Shown here: piece by piece, positions 18,301 to 27,431 of the stretch
Layout of the letters: the number at the start of each line of letters is the position of its first letter
Position numbering within the stretch: position 1 is the stretch's first letter
DNA from: Leptolyngbyaceae cyanobacterium
Lineage (GTDB): Bacteria; Cyanobacteriota; Cyanobacteriia; Phormidesmidales; Phormidesmidaceae
NCBI GenBank assembly: GCA_965263355.1
Contig: CBDHHL010000056.1
Span: forward strand, 882,241-922,240
Length of the DNA stretch: 40,000 nt
Reading direction: 5' to 3'
Notes under the pieces: model-generated
The model's input: only the letters and a program-made list of their open reading frames with translations
Database searches by the model: none
Told to the model about the DNA's origin: nothing
Translations under genes and position numbers: made by a program

Positions 18301-21300
18301 AGTAAAACATTAGATTGTGGGGTTAAGCGTAGCAGTCGCAAGCGTAACAAGGGTCCTTTAGCAAGACTAAATGGAGCTTGAGCTTCTGCATTAATACTTT
18401 GCTGTAGTATCTCAGGGTGTTGCTCAGCTGAACTATTACTTAAGTCTTCAATTGGAATTGATAAATCAGAAATAGGGGCGATTGCCTGGATTGGTTTTCC
18501 TTCCACCATTGGAAAGGTAGTCCGTAAACTTTCATGACGCGCGATCACTCCGCTCAGGGCAGATTCCAATGCAACAATATCAATCTGACCTGTAATCTTC
18601 AACGCTACAGGAATACTATAGGCCGCATTTGAACCATCTAGCTGCTCCAGAAACCAGAGCCGTTCCTGGGACCAGCTCAGGGGCAATGGGATATCAGCAT
18701 CTCGGGGGACGGCAGTCATGGGAGCAATCGCCCGTCTTGACTGTCCAGTCAGAGCTTGCTGAATTCGCTGATCCAGTTCAGCTACAGTAGGGGCTTCAAA
18801 TAGTTCACGTAATGGCAATTCAAGCTGGAAGGTGTCTCGCAGTTTGGCAATTGCTTGAGTCGCCAACAAAGAATGTCCTCCCAACTCGAAGAAGCTACTG
18901 TGGATACTAATAGAATCTAGCCCTAGCACCGAAGCAAAAATGGTGGCAATGCTCTCCTCAGTAGGGGTGCGAGGGGCCATGAAGTCTCCATCTAAGTTTG
19001 GTTCAAACGTTGGCACAGGAAGTGCCTTGCGATCTACCTTGCCATTGGGGGTTAGAGGCAGGGTCTCTAACTGCACAAAAGCACTCGGCAACATGTAGGT
19101 TGGTAATTGCCCCGTAAGAAAGTCCCGTAACTCTCCTGACGTAAGTTGATTGTCTTGACTAACTACATAAGCAACTAACTGTGGGTCTGCTTGATTATCA
19201 TCTCGAGCAATGACAATAACCTGTTGAACTTTGGGATGGCTAGATAAGATAGACTCGATTTCCCCAAGCTCAATGCGGAAACCGCGAATCTTTACTTGGT
19301 GATCAAGGCGGCCCAAAAATTCAATCTTGCCATCCACCAAATATCGGGTTAAATCTCCGGTTTTGTAAAGGCGACCTGAGCCAAAAGGATTAGGAATAAA
19401 TTTCTGAGCCGTTAATTCTGGACGATTGCGGTAGCCACGGGCTACTCCATCACCGCCAATATACAGTTCTCCCACAACTCCAATAGGCACTGGTTGCAGC
19501 TGAGCATCCAGAATATAGAGCTGAGTATTAGCAATAGGACGACCAATAGGAATAGATGTTGTCAGGTGATCATTGGGGCTAACGTCATAAGTACAGCATC
19601 CAACTACAGTCTCAGTGGGGCCATATTCGTTGATAAGTCTTGTCTCTGGCGCATGGGTCAACCAGGGAGAAATAATATCGTTCGTTAGTGCTTCTCCGCC
19701 AATCACAAAAGCTTGGGTCTGATGAGCTAGCTTTTCTGCTGGCAGAAGAAAAGCGAGAAGCTTTAGATGGGCAGGTGTTAGTTTGACTAGGCTCAATCGC
19801 TCACTAGATTGTAAGGCCGTTGCCAATGCCTCAATATCGGAGTCTGCTGAGAGTAAAAATACCGTTTGTCCCACCAAAAGAGGGGAAAATAAGCCCGTAA
19901 TGGTAGCATCAAAACCTATTGAAGAATGTACCAGCGCTCCAATTCCTTTTGAATTAAAGTAAGTGGTTACACACCAGTAAAGGTAATTGGTTAAACCCTG
20001 ATGGTTAATCTCAACGCCTTTGGGTTGACCTGTTGATCCCGAAGTGTAAATGACGTAGGCCAAATTGTCTGGGTGTACATCACATGCTACAGGTTCGGTA
20101 CTGCATGCAGCAATTTTGGACTCATCTCTACCTAGACAAACCACCTGACTATCGTGGGAGGGCAGTCCTGCCATCAACGTTTCTTGAGTCAGTAACACTG
20201 GCGCAGCAGCATCTTGCAACATGTAAAGGAGCCGCTGCTTTGGATAGTTAGGATCAAGGGGAACATAGGCTCCACCTGCCTTGAGAATTCCCAACAGGCC
20301 GACCATCATGTCGAGGGAACGCTCTAAATACAGCCCCACCAATGTCTCCGGTTTTACCCCTAGTTGCTTTAAATAGTGGGCCAACTGGTTCGCTCGCTGA
20401 TTTAGCTCTCGGTAAGTTAAATGTTGTGAGCCTAGCGTTACGGCTACAGCATCTGGGGTCTTTTTTACCTGAGTTTCAAACAATTGATGAATACATTGAG
20501 TGTGAGGATACTCAACAGTTGTATCGTTCCACTCGACTAACAACTGATTTCGTTCCTGTGGCGTCAACAATGGTAATCGCGACACTGACATCTCTGGGGC
20601 CGCCACTACTGACTCTAACAACTGCTGCAAATGCCCTGACAGTCGGGCAATAGTCTTGGCTTCAAACAAATCAGTGCTGTACTCCCAGCTACCCACCAAC
20701 CCTGACTCTGTTAACTGCATCGACAGCGTCAGATCAAACTTTGTGGTCAGCGTATCTGGTGCCAATGATGTTAAGGCTAACCCAGGCAACTCCAGAACTT
20801 CTTCAGGGGTATTTTGAAACACAAACATCACTTGAAACAGTGGTGCATGACTCAACGAGCGCTCAGGCTGTAATGCCTCCACTATCTGTTCAAACGGTGC
20901 TTCTTGATGGGCATAGCTATCTAAGGTTATCTCACGGACTTGACGTAAAACCTCAGCAAAACTCAAATCGTTCTCTAACTGCAAGCGCAACACTAGGGTG
21001 TTAGTAAAAAAGCCGATCAGTGGCTCAATTTCGGCACGATTACGATTGGCAATAGGAGAACCGATGAGAATATCAGATTGACCACTATAGCGGTAGAGCA
21101 ATGTCCCAAATCCTGCTAACAGAGTCATGAACAATGTCACACCTGAGCTTTGACTCAACTTTTCTAACTGTTGTGTTAACTGAGCACTAAAGTGGAAGTC
21201 TTGACAGGCACCTTGATGACTTTGTAATGCAGGTCTGGGATAGTCTGTCGGTAACTGCAGCAGGTTGGGGGGACTGGCTAACTGTTTTCGCCAATAGGCT

Positions 21301-24300
21301 AGCTGTTGTTCTAAAACATTTCCTTGTAACCAAAGCTGTTGCCATAGGACATAATCCCCATATTGGACAGGTAGGGGAGCAATACCCAAGTCTTGACCTG
21401 CCAACACAGCCTGATATGCTGTAGCGACTTCTCGAATCAGAACGCTGATAGACCAACCATCGGCAATAATATGATGCAAGGTGACCAGCAGTAGTGCTTC
21501 TTCTGTGGAATGCTGCAATAGTTTTACTCGTAACAAAGGACCTGCAGCTAGATCAAAAGGGGCCCGAGCTTCTTCCTGGATTGCCCGTTGGATATGTTTC
21601 TGCCATTCATCTGAATTTAGCGCAAACCATTCTTCTCGTTTGACCGCCACAGTCTGATTTGGAACTATTTCTTGAACTGGTAAACCTGCCACCGCAGGAA
21701 AACGAGTTCTCAATATCTCATGGCGTTCAACCAGAGTCTTAAATGCTTGTTCCAGGGCGTCTACATTTAAGCTACCTGTGAGGTGTAGCGCTGCAGGCAT
21801 ATTGTAAGTTGCTGCTGTGCCCTCCTCCAGTTGATTTAAGAACCACAAACGCTCTTGAGCCCAAGAGAGGGGAAGATGTTGACCTTCTCTGGGGAGAGGA
21901 GTGACTTTGGGAAGCGTAAGGCCTGAATTCTCCTGACGCAATTGCTGCACACATTGGTCTAATTCAAAGATGGTGGGTGCTTCAAACAGAATGCGTAGGG
22001 GAATTTCCAGTTCGAAAGTCTGTCGTAGGCGAGAAATGAGCTGGGTTGCCAATAAAGAATGTCCTCCAAGCTCGAAGAAGGACTGGTGAATACCTACAGG
22101 ATGAACCTTGAGAATGGAGCTGAATAAATCTGCAATCAGTTCTTGGCTAGGTGACTGCGGCGTAACCAACGTCTCAATGCTATTCAGATTTGGATCGGGT
22201 GCAGGGAGAGCTTTTCGATCCACTTTGCCATTGGGCGTTAGGGGAAGGGCTGCCAGCTGAACAAATGCACTGGGAATCATATAGTCTGGCAGCTTGGTCT
22301 TGAGCAGTTGCCTGAGGTCTACAGGCTCTAGCTGGGTATCTGAGTTAACGATATAGGCGACTAGTCGCTTGTCCCCTGGTTGATCTTCTCGGGCAATGAC
22401 GACAACCTGGTTGACCTCAGGATGGTGGGATAATGCTGCTTCAATTTCTCCAAGCTCAATGCGGAAACCACGAAGTTTAACCTGATGGTCAATCCGTCCA
22501 AGATATTCAATATTGCCGTCTTGCAAGTAACGGGCTAAATCTCCTGTTTTGTAGAGACGACCGGGGCCAAATGGGTTAGAGATAAATTTCTCGTTGGTTA
22601 ATTTAGGTCGATTTAAATATCCTCGGGCTAAACTGACACCGCCAATGTGCAGTTCGCCTGCTACGCCAATGGGAACTGGCTGCTGCTGTGAATCTAGCAG
22701 GTAAATTTGAGTATTGGCAATGGGATACCCAATGGGTGGATTACTGGACCATTGGGCCGGGGATTCGGGCAAGATATATGAAGTGACTACATGGGTTTCA
22801 GACGGACCATAGTGATTATGAAAAACACAGTGATCGAGCTGGGAGAAGAGGTCGATCATTTGTGGAGTCACCTGTAGTTGTTCCCCGGTTGCGATCGCTT
22901 CCGTCAACTTAGAAAACAATAAAGGCCGATCACCATACACCTCAGCTAGCTTCTGCCAAAGGACAACGGGCAAAATTGCCTTTTGAATCGGATTTTCAGC
23001 CAAAAAGTGTACCAGTTTATCCAGATCCAGCCGATGGTCTTCGGGAATGAGAAATAACGTCCCTCCAGAACACCAAGCCGCGAACATTTCATGGAAGCTA
23101 GCATCAAAACTAAGGGAGGCAAACTGGAGAATTCCAACGCCCACATCCATCGTCTGTAAATGCCAGTGAATCAGATTTGTCAGGGCTCTGTGAGCTAGCG
23201 CAATGCCCTTTGGTACCCCGGTAGAGCCAGACGTATAAATGACGTAAAGCAAATTATCCGCCTGCACCGCTGACGTTACATTGTCAGTAGACTCAACAGA
23301 CATTAATGGCCACTGGGTATCCAGACAAATCGTACTGACCGTTGAAGACGGTAAAGATTGCAACAACGATTGCTGGGTCAATAAAAGCTCCACCCCTGAG
23401 TCTTGGAGCATATGACTCAGACGCTCATTGGGATAATTGGGATCCAGGGGTACATAGGCCCCCCCCGCCTTGAGAATCCCCAACACCCCCACCACCATCT
23501 CCAGGGAGCGATCCACACAAATTCCCACCCGCGACTCTGGCTTTACTCCTTGGTTTTGCAAATAGCGGGCCAGCTGATTGGCCCGCTCATTCAACTGCCG
23601 ATAGGTCAATGATTCTGCTTCAAATACCACCGCCACGGCATCGGGGCTGCGCTCCACTTGAGCTTCCATTAACCGATGCACACAATGTTCTGGACCATAG
23701 TCCACGGTGGTGTCATTCCAACCCTCTAGCAGTTGATGACGCTCTTCCGCAGTCAATATCGGTAACCGAGAAATGCTCGCAGTCGGCTGGCTGACAACCC
23801 CACGCAATAACGTTTGAAAATGATCCAACCACCGCTCTAGGGTGGTTCCTTCATACAAGTCAGAGTTATAATCGCCGTCTAGGACCAGCCGGTCACCCAA
23901 ATCAATCAGGTTGCAATGTAGCTCATAGGGAGCATAGTGAATGGGACGCGCCGACAACTCAGCGGTTAATTCTGGTAGCGGCGCTAACTGCACTGGCGCT
24001 TCCAAATTAAATGTGGCTGAGACCAACGGCGTACGACTGAGGTCAGGCGGAAGCTGCAGCTGACTCAACAACTCGGCAAAGGGATACTGTTGATGCTCGT
24101 AGGCCGAGATCAGGGTATAACGCACCCGAGCCAGATACTCCCCAAAGGACTCATCAGCTCTATAGTGACTATAAATCGGCAGCAAATGAGCCCCGTAACC
24201 CACCATGCCACCACTGTCAGGCATAGAGCGACCGCTACTAGGCACGCCGACAATTATTTCAGTTTGACCACTCAGACGATGTAGCAGCAGTAGATACACC

Positions 24301-27245
24301 GCTAGCAACACCATAAAGAGTGTACAGTTTTGCTGACGGGCTAATTGCTGCAGCGGACCGTAGAGAGCAGGCGCAATTGTCTGGGTTTGACGTCCACCAC
24401 CATAGGTTTTGAGGGCGGGGCGAGAATGGTCGGTGGGTAATTCGAGGACCGGTACACCATGGGCGAATTGACTGACCCAATACTCTCGACTGCGGGCCAT
24501 GGATTCGGTTTGGGACTGGGCGGTCTGGGCCTGAATATACTCAGAAAACTGCATCACAGGCGGCAGCGCTGGAGTTTCACCCTGCAGTGTGGACCGATAC
24601 AGACTGCACAGCTCTTGTAGCAGCAGACCAATGGACCAACCATCCAAGACGATGTGGTGACCACTGAGGACTAAGATATGGTGGTCTTCCGCCAGTTTCA
24701 ACCCATAGACACGAAACAGGGGGCCTTGAGGCAAGTCATAGGGGGTGGCACTATCCTGACGATACCAGGTGGCCAACTGGGCGGCTTGAGCATCCGTAGA
24801 CAGGCCGCTAAAGTCAACCAGTGCCATGGTTACCGGTTGCGATGGTTCAATCTGTTGTGTTCGGGTATCAGTATGGATAACCGTGCGCAGGGCATCGTGG
24901 CGATGGTACAAGATGGCTAAACACTGATTGAGGCAGTCAATATCTAGTCGTCCTTTGAGGCGAAGACTGAGACTCATGCCATAGGCCAGGGCACCTTCTT
25001 CACTGAGTTCTGACAAGACGGCCAACTGTTGCTGCGCCTCAGTCAGGGGCAACGATACCACTGCAGACGATCCCGAAGATGGTTGACTATCACCCAACGC
25101 CTCTGACGCTCTCAATGACGCAAGGGTTGTTAAAAAACCTGCCTGTTTTAGTTCAGCAATACTTTCCTGAACCGCTTGAAACACATATTCAATATCTTCA
25201 TCCGTATGGGCTGTGGAGATAAAACAACTCCGCCCCTCCCAAACATAAACACCTTTATGGATCAGGTGATAATAGAACAAATCTGGATTTTGCTTAATGA
25301 TGAACCGGAAAAGTGAACCAAAGTGAACAACGTCAATCGGGACCTGATGCTCAGCACATAATCTATTCAACCGATTGACCAACTGTTCAGTGCGCTGGTT
25401 GAGTTCACTCTGTAGGTCCGGTCCGGCGTCTTGCAAATGCTTTAACACTGCTCGCGAAGCCGCCAACCCTAATGCATGTTTGTTGAAGGTTCCCCTGAAG
25501 AATGTGCGGAGTGCTTTCGGGTAAGAATCATCGCCATAGTCCCAAGTGCCCCCATCAATGGCGTCCATAAACCGGGATTTGCCAGCGATCGCAGCACCTG
25601 GCAAGCCCCCAACTAGAACTTTGCCATAGGTGGCGATGTCCGCCTGGACACCGAAATAGGCCTGGGCACCACCAGGATGAATGCGAAACCCTGTGACAAT
25701 CTCATCAAAAATAAGTGCAATTCCACAGTCCTGGGTAAGTTGACGCAAATCATGTAGAAACTGCCGTGGTTGCAATGCTGGATTTAGCCCCTGCACAGGT
25801 TCCACTAACACAGCCGCCAATTCAGCGTGATGGTCACGTATTTCTGCCAATGCCGATTTATCAGCATACTCCAGCACCAAAACATTACGCACCGCATCTG
25901 GGTCAATCCCCTGGGCAATGGGGATGGTGTCTGATGTATTCTCCAGGCGCTGTGCTAGAACACCGTCAGAATGCCCGTGGTATGCATTGCGAAAAACAGC
26001 TATTTTTTGACGACCGGTGGCAGTGCGAGCTAAACGGACGGCCACCATAACAGATTCCGTCCCTGACTGGCAGAAGGTAGCGCGTTCGGCTCCCACTAAC
26101 TCACATAGACGCTGCGATACCTCTTGAGCCAACTGGGCTTGAGGACCAACGGAAATACCTAGCTTGGCCTGGGACTCGACGGCCTCGTTAATAAAAGGAA
26201 CATTATGGCCAAAGAGGTGAACCCCAAATCCCATGGCCAAGTCCACATATTTATTGCCATCTAAATCCCAGAAGTTAGCGGCTTGATAGCGTTGAGCCAC
26301 AATGGGATACACCATGTCTTTAGTAGACAGTCGGAGTGATGATTGACCCGCTTGTTTGAAATTACCCAGAACAATATGCCGACCTTTCTGAGTTGTTAAG
26401 CGAAACCCAGCTGCGGATCGGGAATCCGCTAGCACAGGTCGCGACAGTTGTGCCTGCTGCCGAGATTTTTGAGTGCGCTGAGTATACTGAGCAACAAAGG
26501 TATTGAAATAGGCTTGCTGAGTTGGATTTAAGTCTAAGGGAGGTTGGGAGGCAGCTACTTTTGAGGTATGCCCCCTTGCGGGTACAGATTGTTCAGTAAC
26601 TGGGCTTTCGGGTGAGGTCTTTTGCCCATTTTGTAACAAACTACTGACGCCTGACTGCTTTCCTGAGGCGTTAATACCAGTTTCCCTGGCCTGACTTTTC
26701 AACGCCTCAAGTTGTTCAGCCATAAGCTGAGACATGGCTTGAAGCTGTTGATTCATGATGCGTTCTAGCGAGGTCTGGGAGATCTGAGTCAATCTCGTTG
26801 ACCGTTCGCCACTCCCTGGGTGAATGTCCTTAACTGGATTAGCTCCGGGGACAACATTTTCTGGGGACGGCAGCGGGACAGATGGGTTCGATAGATCTGG
26901 GTGGTCAGTGGAGGAAAAAGTCTCTGGTGCCTGGGCATCATGGGGAGATTTCTCTGCGAGATAGGATGCGATCGCATCCAGAGTCGTCAATTCCCCAAAC
27001 AGCTGATGAAGCGATAGCCTAACCCCAAACGTCTGATCGATCTGGTTAACAGCTTCCGTAAACATTAACGAATCCGCCCCCATTTCTAGGAGAGGTGTTT
27101 GCAGATCTATTTCACCTACAGGCAGTTGCAGAATCCTACCAACAAGAGTGCGCAGGCTTTCAATCACCTGCTCTTTCCGCTGGTGATGTCCATTCTGGGA
27201 CCCAGACTGTTCAATGTGATGGGGGGATAATCCGTTTTGGGTCAT
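15384..27245 (-). CDS. Hybrid PKS/NRPS: ACP - class-III aminotransferase - (C-A-T)x3 (modules 1-3 of the peptide)
   Basis: 3953-aa ORF. ATG 27243-27245 is preceded by GGAGAG. It has an ACP (LLEMGADSL) and an AMT (LNPTQQAYFNTF..., FDEIVTGFR, PLP-Lys in ATYGKVLVGG). Three C-A-T modules follow. The protein ends in a T domain plus a basic tail, with no E or TE domain. Confidence 0.97.
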   Translation of the reverse strand: MTQNGLSPHHIEQSGSQNGHHQRKEQVIESLRTLVGRILQLPVGEIDLQTPLLEMGADSLMFTEAVNQIDQTFGVRLSLHQLFGELTTLDAIASYLAEKSPHDAQAPETFSSTDHPDLSNPSVPLPSPENVVPGANPVKDIHPGSGERSTRLTQISQTSLERIMNQQLQAMSQLMAEQLEALKSQARETGINASGKQSGVSSLLQNGQKTSPESPVTEQSVPARGHTSKVAASQPPLDLNPTQQAYFNTFVAQYTQRTQKSRQQAQLSRPVLADSRSAAGFRLTTQKGRHIVLGNFKQAGQSSLRLSTKDMVYPIVAQRYQAANFWDLDGNKYVDLAMGFGVHLFGHNVPFINEAVESQAKLGISVGPQAQLAQEVSQRLCELVGAERATFCQSGTESVMVAVRLARTATGRQKIAVFRNAYHGHSDGVLAQRLENTSDTIPIAQGIDPDAVRNVLVLEYADKSALAEIRDHHAELAAVLVEPVQGLNPALQPRQFLHDLRQLTQDCGIALIFDEIVTGFRIHPGGAQAYFGVQADIATYGKVLVGGLPGAAIAGKSRFMDAIDGGTWDYGDDSYPKALRTFFRGTFNKHALGLAASRAVLKHLQDAGPDLQSELNQRTEQLVNRLNRLCAEHQVPIDVVHFGSLFRFIIKQNPDLFYYHLIHKGVYVWEGRSCFISTAHTDEDIEYVFQAVQESIAELKQAGFLTTLASLRASEALGDSQPSSGSSAVVSLPLTEAQQQLAVLSELSEEGALAYGMSLSLRLKGRLDIDCLNQCLAILYHRHDALRTVIHTDTRTQQIEPSQPVTMALVDFSGLSTDAQAAQLATWYRQDSATPYDLPQGPLFRVYGLKLAEDHHILVLSGHHIVLDGWSIGLLLQELCSLYRSTLQGETPALPPVMQFSEYIQAQTAQSQTESMARSREYWVSQFAHGVPVLELPTDHSRPALKTYGGGRQTQTIAPALYGPLQQLARQQNCTLFMVLLAVYLLLLHRLSGQTEIIVGVPSSGRSMPDSGGMVGYGAHLLPIYSHYRADESFGEYLARVRYTLISAYEHQQYPFAELLSQLQLPPDLSRTPLVSATFNLEAPVQLAPLPELTAELSARPIHYAPYELHCNLIDLGDRLVLDGDYNSDLYEGTTLERWLDHFQTLLRGVVSQPTASISRLPILTAEERHQLLEGWNDTTVDYGPEHCVHRLMEAQVERSPDAVAVVFEAESLTYRQLNERANQLARYLQNQGVKPESRVGICVDRSLEMVVGVLGILKAGGAYVPLDPNYPNERLSHMLQDSGVELLLTQQSLLQSLPSSTVSTICLDTQWPLMSVESTDNVTSAVQADNLLYVIYTSGSTGVPKGIALAHRALTNLIHWHLQTMDVGVGILQFASLSFDASFHEMFAAWCSGGTLFLIPEDHRLDLDKLVHFLAENPIQKAILPVVLWQKLAEVYGDRPLLFSKLTEAIATGEQLQVTPQMIDLFSQLDHCVFHNHYGPSETHVVTSYILPESPAQWSSNPPIGYPIANTQIYLLDSQQQPVPIGVAGELHIGGVSLARGYLNRPKLTNEKFISNPFGPGRLYKTGDLARYLQDGNIEYLGRIDHQVKLRGFRIELGEIEAALSHHPEVNQVVVIAREDQPGDKRLVAYIVNSDTQLEPVDLRQLLKTKLPDYMIPSAFVQLAALPLTPNGKVDRKALPAPDPNLNSIETLVTPQSPSQELIADLFSSILKVHPVGIHQSFFELGGHSLLATQLISRLRQTFELEIPLRILFEAPTIFELDQCVQQLRQENSGLTLPKVTPLPREGQHLPLSWAQERLWFLNQLEEGTAATYNMPAALHLTGSLNVDALEQAFKTLVERHEILRTRFPAVAGLPVQEIVPNQTVAVKREEWFALNSDEWQKHIQRAIQEEARAPFDLAAGPLLRVKLLQHSTEEALLLVTLHHIIADGWSISVLIREVATAYQAVLAGQDLGIAPLPVQYGDYVLWQQLWLQGNVLEQQLAYWRKQLASPPNLLQLPTDYPRPALQSHQGACQDFHFSAQLTQQLEKLSQSSGVTLFMTLLAGFGTLLYRYSGQSDILIGSPIANRNRAEIEPLIGFFTNTLVLRLQLENDLSFAEVLRQVREITLDSYAHQEAPFEQIVEALQPERSLSHAPLFQVMFVFQNTPEEVLELPGLALTSLAPDTLTTKFDLTLSMQLTESGLVGSWEYSTDLFEAKTIARLSGHLQQLLESVVAAPEMSVSRLPLLTPQERNQLLVEWNDTTVEYPHTQCIHQLFETQVKKTPDAVAVTLGSQHLTYRELNQRANQLAHYLKQLGVKPETLVGLYLERSLDMMVGLLGILKAGGAYVPLDPNYPKQRLLYMLQDAAAPVLLTQETLMAGLPSHDSQVVCLGRDESKIAACSTEPVACDVHPDNLAYVIYTSGSTGQPKGVEINHQGLTNYLYWCVTTYFNSKGIGALVHSSIGFDATITGLFSPLLVGQTVFLLSADSDIEALATALQSSERLSLVKLTPAHLKLLAFLLPAEKLAHQTQAFVIGGEALTNDIISPWLTHAPETRLINEYGPTETVVGCCTYDVSPNDHLTTSIPIGRPIANTQLYILDAQLQPVPIGVVGELYIGGDGVARGYRNRPELTAQKFIPNPFGSGRLYKTGDLTRYLVDGKIEFLGRLDHQVKIRGFRIELGEIESILSSHPKVQQVIVIARDDNQADPQLVAYVVSQDNQLTSGELRDFLTGQLPTYMLPSAFVQLETLPLTPNGKVDRKALPVPTFEPNLDGDFMAPRTPTEESIATIFASVLGLDSISIHSSFFELGGHSLLATQAIAKLRDTFQLELPLRELFEAPTVAELDQRIQQALTGQSRRAIAPMTAVPRDADIPLPLSWSQERLWFLEQLDGSNAAYSIPVALKITGQIDIVALESALSGVIARHESLRTTFPMVEGKPIQAIAPISDLSIPIEDLSNSSAEQHPEILQQSINAEAQAPFSLAKGPLLRLRLLRLTPQSNVLLLTLHHAIFDGWSSEILIREFVTLYGAYQQRQISPLVPLVNQYADYAYWQRHVLSDTLDSQLSYWKQHLSGDLPVLRLPTDSTNLKKINNEGARCSCLLSVSLSQKLKALSQRENVTLFMALLAAFNLLLSRQTDQTDIIIGTPIAGRQHPGTTDLIGFFINTLPIRVDLSGITTFQDLLSHVREVTLAAYSNQDVPFEQLVKILQPERSLERHPIFDVMLNLMQPTATALEMEGLEFEMLEMPELESKFWITLYVYEPRDDESTGLTLELVYRRSLFSAERMEIFLDQFKALLEQIVLLPDQPIQNYSLLTPKTKSLLPDPVLPLEEPQFSPITDLIRSWSNQQPEHIAITQAEQSWTYQQLFNYAEHVAENLIKAGVKTGDVVAVYGNRCFELIVHIVGILLSGSVLLTLDPNLPTQRLQLMVQAANVGYLIALDSESPKDWLSASIKLLAGSDIKPVDKRSPQENHSVDDIHRSLPHVHGEQPAYIFFTSGSTGMPKGVMGSHKGIAHFVDWQRETFQVGPGDRVAQLIRLSFDALLRDIFLPLTSGATLCLPPDDEVSSEHLLRWLENEKISVIHTVPTVAQYWISNAPNDVTLSTLRATFFSGEPLTDTLIGQWKQAFPGSGKLINLYGATETTMVKSYYPIPEQVRPGIQSVGWPLPQTQNLVLRAVNQPCGIGEIGEIVVRTPFRTFGYINTSATSNPCFVPNPFRSDQEDLLYYTGDQGRYLPDGSLEVLDRLDGQLKIRGTRVQPGEIESRLHQHPDVGQTVIVGRINPDGNQVLVAYIVPKTPQGIDRDQLNTYLLKQLPAHLIPSVYMELTSLPLTASGKVDRNALPDPEFTIRRPLSVPPRNPTEISLANIMGDILKQDSIDIHDSFFALGGHSLQATQVVARISQTFGLELSLRTFFESPTVAALAQIVADHQQGKKNTESTTSNLIPKRRRRKIQRSADGTLIVPDNLKEELWGKDKP
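15537..18689 (-). other. NRPS module 3 (C-A-T), divergent A domain with DARH-type pocket
   Basis: C: LHHAIFDGWS. A: AYIFFTSGSTGMPKG, LSFDALLRD, NLYGATETTMV, LKIRGTRVQPGEIE, LTASGKVDR; all of these differ from the other five A domains. The hand-extracted pocket is D-A-R-H-F-S-L-M-V-K. T: FFALGGHSLQATQ. Confidence 0.85.
18762..21878 (-). other. NRPS module 2 (C-A-T), Asn-type pocket
   Basis: C: LHHIIADGWS. A: AYVIYTSGSTGQPKG, GFDATITG, VKLTPAH, FVIGGE, NEYGPTETVVGC. The hand-extracted pocket is D-A-T-K-V-G-E-V-G-K, identical to the classical Asn code. T: FFELGGHSLLATQ. Confidence 0.85.
21951..25052 (-). other. NRPS module 1 (C-A-T), substrate unassigned
   Basis: C: SGHHIVLDGWS. A: LYVIYTSGSTGVPKG, FDASFHE, NHYGPSETHVVT. 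The hand-extracted pocket is D-A-H-I-I-T-H-V-V-K. Its tail resembles Pro-type codes (I-x-H-V-V-K), but positions 236/239 do not. T: FFELGGHSLLATQ. Confidence 0.85.
22891..22898. repeat. HIP1 palindrome GCGATCGC
   Basis: Exact 8-mer read at these coordinates. Confidence 0.9.
25131..26534 (-). other. Class-III PLP aminotransferase (AMT) domain, GSA-aminomutase-like
   Basis: aa ~238-705: LNPTQQAYFNTFVAQYTQRTQKSRQ, CQSGTESVM, FDEIVTGFR, PLP-binding Lys in DIATYGKVLVGG. Confidence 0.88.
25585..25592. repeat. HIP1 palindrome GCGATCGC
   Basis: Exact 8-mer read at these coordinates. Confidence 0.9.
26691..26768 (-). repeat. Helix motif copy 2 (ACP-AMT linker): LERIMNQQLQAMSQLMAEQLEALKSQ
   Basis: aa 160-185. 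See copy 1 at 27531-27608. Confidence 0.8.
26952..27173 (-). other. ACP domain 2 (carrier for the KS-AT encoded by the upstream gene)
   Basis: aa ~25-98 of the 3953-aa ORF: VIESLRTLVGRILQL...LLEMGADSLMFTEAVNQI (Ser59). Confidence 0.85.
26968..26975. repeat. HIP1 palindrome GCGATCGC
   Basis: Exact 8-mer read at these coordinates. Confidence 0.9.
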
Positions 27246-27431
27246 ACCTGCAAACTCTCCTGTTGTAGCCCAGTAGCGTCTTTTTATATAGCTGTCGCAG
27301 TATTTTAATTGTCAGGCCATAGAACTCCGAAAATATTAAAGCAGCAAAAAGTAAAAAATTGGTAAAACTCGACCATTGGCTAATACTTGTGTCAGTAAAT
27401 ACATGTTTCAAAAACTACAAAAGGGCAAACA

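Noticed and set aside
27211-27411. A 66-aa minus-strand ORF filling the KS-AT / ACP-AMT spacer (MKHVFTDTSISQWSSFTNFLLFAALIFSEF...), with one hydrophobic stretch.
   Set aside because: It lies in visibly AT-rich DNA where open frames arise easily. It overlaps the ATG of the next gene by 35 nt in another frame. I see no Shine-Dalgarno sequence and no recognisable family. A small membrane peptide cannot be excluded without ribosome profiling or conservation data.
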